Origin: Octopus vulgaris | Lineage: Eukaryota | Assembly: GCA_951406725.2 (NCBI GenBank) | Contig: OX597818.1 | Location: 42,222,001-42,286,000, forward strand | Length of the DNA: 64,000 bases | Direction: 5' to 3' | Part shown: in pieces, positions 53,700 to 64,000 of the stretch | How the letters are laid out: every line of letters begins with the position of its first letter | Position numbering within the stretch: the stretch's first letter is position 1 | Position numbers and translations under genes: made by a program | Notes under the pieces: model-generated | Database searches by the model: none | The model's input: only the letters and a program-made list of their open reading frames with translations | Told to the model about the DNA's origin: nothing

Positions 53700-54284
53700 G
53701 TAAGATTTTTTTTACCTTTTTTTATAACAATACTTAAGAAATATTGAAAATTTCCAAAATCAATTTTTTAAATTCTACTTTTTACTCAAAATACTAAGCT
53801 ATGTCATGTTATTTTAATTTTAAAAAGAAATATCTAGAATACAACTTTGGTTAATAAGCATTACCTTTTGAGTCAACAGATAAGCCTCTGCCTAGCCATT
53901 CCTTACAAGAAATAGCAGCCAAATTTCCTTCAATTCATACTATAACATCTTACACAAGGAAGGACATTCTGGAAAACGTGATTATAGACTCACTATACCT
54001 GAAAATAAAATAGTATGGTTATGACTAGAATTACTTTGAACAGAGGTCTGTTTGATCAAGACTCATTAGTGATTAAACAACAACGACATTTTTTTTTTTT
54101 GAATGGCTAATTTATTCATTTTTATCATATTGCTGACAGTGAAATAAAATATTTAACTACCATGAAATAATTTCTGGTCAAAAATAAAATAAGTGTGGTA
54201 TATTTTTTGGCTCCAGGATTGCTCAGTCAAAACAAATGTATGCATTAATGTCAGTACTAAAACTGCATATTTTTATCATAATAG

Positions 54285-54355
54285 GTGTATTTCACTCGTT
54301 TGGAGATGTGATGGAGAAAGGGACTGCATCAGAGGTGATGATGAAGAGAACTGTC
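54285..54355 (+). CDS. LDLa domain exon 2
   Basis: TAG acceptor; CISLVWRCDGERDCIRGDDEENC has the CI....CDG..DC..G.DE..C signature. Donor C|GTAAGT, phase 2-1. Confidence 0.95.
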
Positions 54356-56524
54356 GTAAGTATACTGGTGACAATATATCGTAAATAAAATTGAGATGGT
54401 GTCATTAGATGTTTGGTTTCAAATTTTGGCACAAGGCCAGCAATTTCGAAGGAGAAGATAAGTCGCTTGCATCAACTCAAGTGTTCAACTGGTAATTTTA
54501 TCAACCCTGAAAAAATGAAAGACAAAGTCAACCCCAGCATAATTTGAACTCAGGATGTAAAGCTGGATGAAATGCTGCTAAACATTTTGCCCAGCATGCT
54601 AATGATTCTGCCATCTTGCTGCCTTATGTTTGGTAAACATCATAACAAAATGACAATAGGTGTAAGTAATGGTGGTTTAGGAAGGAACTTATCAAATATT
54701 GTTAGGAGGGACACTAGAAATGACAGAGTGTCAGACAAGACAGAAAGTCGACAATCCACAGATAATAAAGCATTTTTTCCTTCTCCCAAATTTTTAGTTT
54801 TCTGAATATGTTAATCCTCTACCATTCAGATTACCCAGTCAAATGTAATGCTTATTTATTCACATTGTTTTGAATTAATCCTTCATTATGTCATATATTC
54901 AAGATTTCGATGACATGATTATTTATTTTAGGAAGGACATCAAAGTGCAGGTATGAGAGGCTGAATCTAGTCAGTTTGACCATAAAATAGGTAGAATATT
55001 TGGGCCAGATATAGTTGGCTTAAATGCATTGACTGCATTTCATCCTGGTTGATAAAATAAATATCAATCAAATACTGCTGTTGATATAAACAACTGTTAT
55101 CACCCATCAAACATGTGATCTTTTGACGAAGAAAGAAATCATTATTTGAATTACAGAATTAGTAATATGCCAAATAAAATACTGTTTTCCATATTTAGTT
55201 CTAGCTTTTTAGGTGACAAACAGGCAGAATCATTAGAATGCCAGGCAAAATGTTTAGTGGCGAGCTGGCAGAAATGCCTAGCAGTATTTTGTCAGCCGCT
55301 ACGTTCGGAGTTCAAATTCCGCCGAGGTCGACTTTGCCTTTCATCCTTTCGGGGTCAATTAAATAAGTACCAGTTACGCACTGGGGTCGATTAAATAAGT
55401 ACCAGTTACGCACTGGGGTCGATATAATTGACAATCCATTTGTCTGTCCTTGTTTGTCCTCTCTGTGGGTAGTAAAGAAATAGGTATTTCATCCATCTTT
55501 ATATACTGAGTTCAAACTCTGCCAAGGTTAACTTTACCTTTGATCCTTCCAGTGGCAATAAAAATAAGTACCAGTTGAATACTGGGGTTGATGTAATTGA
55601 CTTATTCCATCCCCAAAATTGCTGGCCTTGTGCCAGAAATTTGAAATCAATATTCAGTTTCTTCCCTTTACATTCTAAATTCAGATTAATTCAGATTATC
55701 TTTGCCTTTTATCCTACCAGGGTTGAATAGGTACCAGTCATGTAGTGGAGTTGATTTAATCAATTGTGTTCCTATTTCAAATTTATGATCTTTTACTCAT
55801 CATCATCATCATTATCGTTTAACGTCCGTTTTCAATGCTGGCATGGGTTAGACGGTTTGACTGAGATCTGGAGAGCCAGTGGCTGCACCATGCTCCATTC
55901 TGATTTGGCAATGTTTCTACAGCTGGATGCTCTTCCTAACACCAATCACTCCAAGAGTGTAGTGGGTGCTTTTTACATGACACCAGCACAGGAGCCAGTC
56001 AGGCAGGCTTGGCATCGATCACATTTGGATAGTGCTTTTTACATGCCACCTGCACTGGACCCAGTCAGGTGGCTCTGGCATTGATCATGTTTGCATAGTG
56101 CTTTTTATGTGCCATCAGTACACAAGCCAGTCAGGGGGTACTGGCATTGGCCATGTTCAGATCATGCTTTTTATGTGCCACCAGCAAAGAAGCCAGATAT
56201 GGGGTACTGGCCACAGCTACGATCTTGGTTTTATTTGATGCAACAGGTCTTCCCAAGCATATCATATCGCCTGACGCATCAAGGGTACTCTTAAATGGAG
56301 CAGACATGCAACACTGACATCAGCCAATGCTGCAATCTCACTTTAGTTGCTGGGTCTTCTCAATCACTGCATATTTCCAAAGGTCTCAGTCTCCTGTCAT
56401 TGCCTCTGTGAGGCCCAATGTTCGTAGGTCATGCTTCACCACCTCATCATGCTTCACCACGTGAATCATGACCTTCAAATATTGGGCCTCACATGTTCTT
56501 CATGTGATTCATTAATGCTTTCAG

Positions 56525-56643
56525 ATTGTTACAGTGGAAATGGTGTATCCTACAGAGGGTCTGTATCAGAAACAGACGGAGGAACACCTTGCCTTAAATG
56601 GACAGAGAATCCTAAATATAACACAACAAACTCTCCCAATGCA
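56525..56643 (+). CDS. Kringle 2, exon A
   Basis: CYSGNGVSYRGSVSETDGGTPCLKWTENPKYNTTNSPNA, with the same splice sites as kringle 1 exon A. Confidence 0.92.
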
Positions 56644-59562
56644 GTAAGTTTACTTTGAATTTTAATTGCTTATCTTGACAATGGTTTGAATACATAGTTA
56701 GATAATTGATACTGACAATAAAAAAAAAACTGATATAAATAACAACCATTTAGATAATCCACCTCGAATAGCCATAAATTAATTATTGAGAGGAATACAA
56801 TAAACAAAGGTAATAACTAGTTTATTGATAAACATTCTTATCGTTTTCTATAGCATCAGGTAAAACTGTTAGCAATGACCAAGCACTATTAGTTAGTGAC
56901 ATTAGTTATCTGAGATTTTTAATTAAACTGAATCAGTAGCAGAATTTTATATATTTTGCTCAATCCAATCAAACAAAAATTACAGGTACTCATCAAAATG
57001 TGATGAGCTTACAGGTGATTCATGCCCTCCAGATTCAGAACAGTAAAAGTGTTTAAAAACTTTAGCAAAAGCCACAAATTTTAGTGAGAACAGGTAAGTC
57101 AATTACATCGACGCTAGTGCCCAACTGGTATTTATCTTATCAACCACCAAGAAGGCAAAGTTGACCTTGGAAGAATTTGAACTCAGAATATAAATCTGGA
57201 AGAAATATTGCTGAGCATTTTGTCCAGAGTGCTAATGATTCTGGCAGATCACAGCCTTTCAGCTCAGTGCAATCAAAAAGAATACATAAGTATTTTAGGT
57301 TGCTATGATGAAAGAGAAAATCCATTAGTTTGATTGGATCTACTTTTCAATGAAGACTCTTCTCTAAATATTAAATATTCACTTTTTTCTAGCTAAGCTA
57401 AATAATGCTCCCTTTTTCTGAATTTAACAAAATTTGTCTATATTAAATTCTGAATTCTTACTTTGTAGTTCCATAGGGGCTTTTGTAATTTTTTTTTCTT
57501 TTTATAAGTACTTCTGGTTCCTATGCCAAGGTTATGAATTGTTTTCTAGATTTTCATCATCATCATTGTCATCTAACATTCATTTTCCATGCTGGCATAC
57601 GTTCATAGGAGTTGGCAAGGCCAGGGGCTGCATCAGGTTCCATTCTCTGTTTTGGATTGGTTTCTACTGCTGAATGTCCTTCCTAACATCAACCATTTTA
57701 TAGAGTGTACTTTTTACATGGTGCTTTTTACACGGTACCATCACCAATGCTTTTTTATGTAGCACCATCACCAATAGTTTCTATGCAGCAAAAATAGTTC
57801 TAGAATTTTCTAGTAATGTAAATTTTTAATAGCATATCCTTTCCATATCGTCCATGTCTAAGATAATAATGCATTATCCTCAGCAGAGAAATACAGATAT
57901 GATAGAATTCTTTCTTAGCACTACCATTCTGATTTTGATAATTTAATGTAATTCTTACAGGTTCTATTTATTCATCATCAATTGAAAACCAAATAACAAA
58001 TGATTATGATGGTGATGATGATGATGATGATGATATTGTAATTTAATTATACATATATAAAATATATCATATATAATTCTTTGTTTACTTTTAACATCCA
58101 CTTTTTACCATGCTTGCATTGGGCTGGATGGATATGTATAATATCCAGGCATGAATGTGTGGCAGGAAATTTGCTTCCAACCAATGTTTCCAGGTTCAAT
58201 TCCACAGTGTGGTACTTTTGGTCAAGTGTCTTCTATTATATCCTTGGGCCACCTAAAGACTTGTGAATGGATTTGGCTAACAGAAACTGAAAAAAGCCTA
58301 TCATATATGAGGCAGGGGTGCCACAATCACCTTACCTTGACATCACATGATTAGTGTAATTAGTGTAATTATGAAAGTTTACACCAGCGAGAAAATTCTT
58401 TAAAATTCTAAATTTAACATATTTTTATCAAAATGTGGTTTTTGATTTTCTTTTGTTTCAACTACAGAAACATAATTTTAATTTACTGCGAGGTATCATT
58501 TTTTTAAAACCATGAGATAGTGTTCCCCCTTTGTCATTTTCTCTCTCTTTACACTTAGGACTGTAAAATGAAATGTTATATATTTTAACAATTGACCCCT
58601 TTGCTGAGATTATTGTTCACTTTGTCATATGATTTACAGGAATAAAAAAAAATACAATTTCCTATCTCTGTACATCTGAAATTGTGTGTTTATGTAGGTT
58701 ATTAATACTGATATATGCAAATATGTATATTGACAGAAAAATAATGCAGAGCATTACAAGTGTTCAAATCTACAGTAAGTTCTGCAGTATGAACTTTCAC
58801 AGTACATACTTGGAGTGCTTCTAGTTCACTGTCAGGCAAAGTTGTAAAATCTGATATGCATATATATGGTGAACCAAGGATATTTATGTAGCTAAGTTAT
58901 GTCAGCATATTACCAGATTTCTTCATAAATTCTGACACTATCTTTGAGTCCTTGCTATTATTCTAAATTTATTTATTGAATGAGAGAGTGTTGTTACATA
59001 AATATCAGATATGAAGAGAAATTAAATCTGACATATCAGAAAAACTATACGAATTGAGAATTAAATGTATAAACATGATTTTGTGACCAGCAAAAAAAAA
59101 AATAATAAACCATCCAGTGGGCAGTTTTCTGCCAGTGTGTAAAAATAACTGATCATAGTTCAGTGTCAATTTACATAACCAAGAATAAGATACTTGTTGA
59201 CAACAGTCATTTAAGTAGGGATATTTTTTTTTATTACTAGGAATCTCTCTGAAGTTCAAATAATGGACTGGCAGAATCAGTAGCACATTGTGCAAAGTGT
59301 TTAGTGATGTTTTTTCTGACAATCTAAGTTCTGAGTTTAAATACTGGGAGGTCAACTTTGTCTTTTTTATTTTAACCTTATGGGCTTGATGAAATAAATA
59401 CCATTTAAGCACTGAAATCGCTGGAATTGACTAGTACCCACATCCTTGAAACTAAAATTTCAGGCCTTGTACCTATAAGAGAAAGAATTATTATTATTAT
59501 TATTATTGTTGTCGTTGTTATCGTCGTCGTCGTCATTGTTGTTGTTCTTGTTCTTGTTGTTG

Positions 59563-60290
59563 TTGAGTGAGAGAGCAGGACATGCCATCAAAGTGACACT
59601 GGGGTACCAATATACAAAGCCCAATATACCCATCATCACTACTTGTCTGTAAGGAGACACCAGTCACATGCATCACCACCATGACTTTGCAGGTGGGGTT
59701 CAGAATTTTCATCGGGTCAAGTAGCCCATTCTGCTCAAAATTTCTCTGAATAAGATTTGTTTAAGGATGATGAATGCAATACCCATGTTTCCAGAGGTGA
59801 ATTATTCAAACCCCAAAGAATTACCCTCAACATTTGGCTTTTCTGCTCCCCAACTACTTCTGCTCATGATCAAATATGCACATATCATCAGCCTCTAAGG
59901 GACATGCTCAACTGGTTAAGGTCAAACAACTGACAAGCAAATCTGTGGTAGTGAGCAGAATATGTGCTGTGGCCCATTTTAATACCAAGACAAAACAATG
60001 TACATGATAACACTTCCAATCAGTTAAAATCAAAAGCCATTATTGTTGAGAGAGTAGTGCATGCCATCAAAGTGAAACTGGGTTAAAATATACGAAGCCT
60101 AGTATACCTATCATGACTACCCATCAGATAAGGGTAAACCAGGCAAATGCATCACAACCATATGTGTGCAACATGGTGATCTTATATCAAGATAAACAAT
60201 GCATGATCTTGCATGTACATGATAACACTTCCAAGCAGTTAAGATCAGAACCCATGAGAGCCACTACTGGTACTGCATCAGAGCATTCAT
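59563..60290 (-). mobile_element. Two tandem TAA-associated elements
   Basis: GAGAGAG...CATGCCATCAAAGTGA starts at ~59565 and ~60048, homologous to 14330-14862. Confidence 0.65.
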
Positions 60291-60361
60291 TATTATTATT
60301 GTTATTGTTGTTGTTATTTTTGTTATTGTTGTTGTTGTTGTTATTATTATTTTTATTATTA

Positions 60362-60429
<68 letters not shown>

Positions 60430-60435
<6 letters not shown>

Positions 60436-60884
60436 TAGTTTTATTTTTATAGCGTGCTTTCACTTCACTACCGAGCACAGCTCTGTGTGCCTTAGGTATG
60501 TGCTGTGATTTGTTGTGATGCTCTGATGGTTATTGTATGGAAAGTGTTCTGCGTAGGATGTGTGCAGTGCCTAGTAGTGCAATTTTCTGTATGTTATATG
60601 TGTTTGTAAGTCCTGGTGTTTTTGTTATATATTTGTCTAAATATTTTTTTTATCATGCCTAATGCACCTACTATGATAGGAATTGTTTCTGTTTTTAGAT
60701 TCCGCATTCTGGTTACCTCTATTTCCAGGTCTTTGTATTTTGAAAGTTTCTCCATTTCTTTTAGAGACACGTTGTCATCTGCCGGTATTGATACATCAAT
60801 TAGAAAGCATTTTTTTCTTCATGATCTCTGACAATTATATCTGGTCTGTTGGCCTTAATTTCTCTATCTGTGTGTATCGGCATT
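60430..60884 (-). mobile_element. R4/Dong-like LINE 3' end in (TAA)n
   Basis: PIHTDREIKANRPDII...IQKIALLGTAHILRRTLSIQ* (stop 60530-60532), flanked by TAA tracts. Confidence 0.85.
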
Positions 60885-60885
60885 A

Positions 60886-60938
<53 letters not shown>

Positions 60939-61027
60939 GCCAAAATATATCTGACACATATCTCAAGCAACATATAAATGAAAATATAAACATTTGTAAC
61001 TTTAAATTTCATTCCTACTTCCTCTAG

Positions 61028-61211
61028 GGTATCGGAGACCACAATTTTTGTCGAAACCCTGATGATGATAAGCGTCCATGGTGTTGGGTAGCACCAGCTT
61101 TCCAAAATAAGTTTGGATACTGTAAAATTGATCAATGTAAAAATGTTACAGAAAGCACAACAGTGGAATCAACTGTGACTACATTCCCTACAACAGTGGC
61201 ATCAACTACTC
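61028..61211 (+). CDS. Kringle 2, exon B + Thr/Ser-rich linker
   Basis: GIGDHNFCRNPDDDKRPWCWVAPAFQNKFGYCKIDQCKNVTESTTVESTVTTFPTTVASTT, with intact splice sites, phase 0-1. Confidence 0.92.
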
Positions 61212-61835
61212 GTAAGTATTTTAAAAACAATTTAAACACCAAATGAAGAAAATCAGGCAATTATTAGTGTTTAAATGAAAACTTCAACAGTAACAGATCA
61301 TTATAAGGTGAAATATAAATCAGTTTGTAGTGTAAATATTTCCTGCAAAACTTAATTTGACTGTAAAATTAATGAGCTAAAATAAAGGACAGATTTTACA
61401 TGTGGAACTTGATTTAAAATCAGCTACAGAAGATTATAAATTCTTTGAAATTAAATTTGGATTTAGATGAAGTTTCTTACTGCTAAACTGCTTCAAAAAC
61501 AGATATTATTGTTTTCTGGTTTCTTTCTATCACTTTATGTTGCATTTTGTGCACATAATTTCTTACTTTCTGGACATCAGTCTTACTAAATTAAGACATT
61601 TCTCTATGACTCCTGGTGCCACATAAAAAGCACCCATGCCAGTATCAAATGACAGCAACCATGCTGGTTCTACATATAAAACACCCAGGTCACTCTGTAA
61701 AGTGGTTGGCATTAGACAGGACATCCAACCATAGAAACTATGCTGAAACAGACAAGTGGAGCCTGGTGCAGCTCCCTGGGTGGCCAGCTCCTGTCAAACT
61801 GTGCAACCCATGCTAACACGGAAGACAGATGTTAA

Positions 61836-62020
61836 ATGATGATAATGATGATGATGGTGGTGATGGTGGTGGTGGTGATGGTGGTGGTGGTGGTGGTGTT
61901 GGTGGTGTTGGTGGTGGTGGTTGTGGTGGTGGTGGTGGTGGTGGTGGTGGTGGTGGTGGTGGTGGTGGTGGTGGTGGTGGTGGTGGTGGTGGTGTTGGTG
62001 GTGGTGGTTGTGATGAAGAT
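61836..62020. repeat. (GGT)n microsatellite grown from RTE tail
   Basis: GAT-to-GGT triplet run follows GATGTTAAAT. Confidence 0.9.
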
Positions 62021-62335
62021 TATGTTTTAATACAGAATTATTAACTTGGATTACATTACTCAAATGCAAGGTAATAATGGGAGTCAATATGTGAGCAAAT
62101 ACAACGCAATATATACTCAAGAAATACACGCTGATTAATAAAAAAAGCGAAACATAAAGATCCAAGTACAAAAAATATCATGCCACTTACGAAACAAACC
62201 AGTATGCAAATTAGAAGGCAGTCAAAAGTTGAATTTAAAAGGACACGAGGGGAACACACAAAATAAAGTCGTTAAACTTAGTTCAATACTTAGCCAGAAC
62301 ATGGAAATATTAGAATTAAATTAGAGCAATATAAC

Positions 62336-62636
62336 AATGATGATACTGGATAATGATGATGATTATGATGATGATGACGATGACGATGATGACGATGATG
62401 ACGATGATGATAATTATGATGATGATGATGATGACGACATTGCCGCCGCCGCCGATGATGATGATGTTGATGACAACGACAATGATGATGATGATGGTGA
62501 CGATGATGATGTCAATGACGATGATGATGATGACGATGATGTTGATGATAATGATGATGATGATGATGATGATGACGATGATGATGATGATGATGACGAT
62601 GACGGTGATGATGATGACGACGATGATGATGATGAT
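62336..62636. repeat. Imperfect (GAT/GAC)n microsatellite
   Basis: ~300-bp triplet tract immediately before the duplication junction. Confidence 0.9.
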
Positions 62637-62885
62637 TATTTTAACTTCATCCCACAGATTATTTTAACTTCATCCTGACATCAGCCAATGCTGCAATCTC
62701 ACTTTAGTTGCTGGGTCTTCTCAATCACTGCATATTTCCAAAGGTCTCAGTCTCCTGTCATTGCCTCTGTGAGGCCCAATGTTCGTAGGTCATGCTTCAC
62801 CACCTCATCATGCTTCACCACGTGAATCATGACCTTCAAATATTGGGCCTCACATGTTCTTCATGTGATTCATTAATGCTTTCAG

Positions 62886-63004
62886 ATTGTTACAGTGGAA
62901 ATGGTGTATCCTACAGAGGGTCTGTATCAGAAACAGACGGAGGAACACCTTGCCTTAAATGGACAGAGAATCCTAAATATAACACAACAAACTCTCCCAA
63001 TGCA
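62886..63004 (+). CDS. Kringle 3, exon A
   Basis: Identical to 56525-56643 including splice sites. The gene continues beyond the window. Confidence 0.85.
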
Positions 63005-64000
63005 GTAAGTTTACTTTGAATTTTAATTGCTTATCTTGACAATGGTTTGAATACATAGTTAGATAATTGATACTGACAATAAAAAAAACTGATATAAATA
63101 ACAACCATTTAGATAATCCACCTCGAATAGCCATAAATTAATTATTGAGAGGAATACGATAAACAAAGGTAATAACTAGTTTATTGATAAACATTCTTAT
63201 CGTTTTCTATAGCATCAGGTAAAACTGTTAGCAATGACCAAGCACTATTAGTTAGTGACATTAGTTATCTGAGATTTTTAATTAAACTGAATCAGTAGCA
63301 GAATTTTATATATTTTGCTCAATCCAATCAAACAAAAATTACAGGTACTCATCAAAATGTGATGAGCTTACAGGTGATTCATGCCCTCCAGATTCAGAAC
63401 AGTAAAAGTGTTTAAAAACTTTAGCAAAAGCCACAAATTTTAGTGAGAACAGGTAAGTCAATTACATCGACGCTAGTGCCCAACTGGTATTTATCTTATC
63501 AACCACCAAGAAGGCAAAGTTGACCTTGGAAGAATTTGAACTCAGAATATAAATCTGGAAGAAATATTGCTGAGCATTTTGTCCAGAGTGCTAATGATTC
63601 TGGCAGATCACAGCCTTTCAGCTCAGTGCAATCAAAAAGAATACATAAGTATTTTAGGTTGCTATGATGAAAGAGAAAATCCATTAGTTTGATTGGATCT
63701 ACTTTTCAATGAAGACTCTTCTCTAAATATTAAATATTCACTTTTTTCTAGCTAAGCTAAATAATGCTCCCTTTTTCTGAATTTAACAAAATTTGTCTAT
63801 ATTAAATTCTGAATTCTTACTTTGTAGTTCCATAGGGGCTTTTGTAATTTTTTTTTCTTTTTATAAGTACTTCTGGTTCCTATGCCAAGGTTATGAATTG
63901 TTTTCTAGATTTTCATCATCATCATTGTCATCTAACATTCATTTTCCATGCTGGCATACGTTCATAGGAGTTGGCAAGGCCAGGGGCTGCATCAGGTTCC

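Larger units (their letters stand above)
56314..62674 (+). repeat. 6361-bp tandem duplication unit carrying a two-exon kringle cassette
   Basis: Sequence from 56314 (CTGACATCAGCCAATG...) recurs from 62675 to the window end with almost no differences. An older paralogous block spans ~46309-50160. Confidence 0.9.

Noticed and set aside
54193-54284. Cys-containing ORF extension upstream of the LDLa exon
   Set aside because: The first two LDLa cysteines come from exon 53639-53699 with matching phase, so the extension is intronic.
61794-62678. Poly-His/Gly/Asp ORFs
   Set aside because: Triplet microsatellites in an intron without supporting splice signals.

Overview
AT-rich, repeat-dense eukaryotic DNA. 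The repeat landscape (tRNA-derived SINEs, RTE LINE tails, abundant TA/CA/GAT microsatellites) suggests an octopus or other coleoid cephalopod; this is inferred, not proven. Almost all ORF-track entries are microsatellite or TE artefacts. Reading splice sites directly gives two divergent genes. (1) A minus-strand exon at 6450-6542 encodes a CFAP97D2-like N-terminus, with a candidate TATA promoter near 7.17 kb. (2) A large plus-strand gene starts at 21305 and runs off the window end. It encodes a secreted mosaic protein: signal peptide - SRCR - C-type lectin - kringle - Thr-rich linker - LDLa - kringle - Thr-rich linker - kringle (partial). All splice phases are consistent from the SRCR exon onward. 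The two-exon kringle cassette is tandemly amplified (copies 2 and 3 are 6361 bp apart and nearly identical even in introns), recalling the apo(a) KIV-2 array. Mobile DNA includes a Merlin-like MITE with an 8-bp TSD, Helitron/HINE-like elements, mariner relics, RTE LINE 3' ends, R4/Dong-like LINEs in (TAA)n, SINE multimers bounded by a single TSD, and Penelope-type termini with degenerate minimal hammerhead ribozymes. Several long fold-back hairpins are also present.
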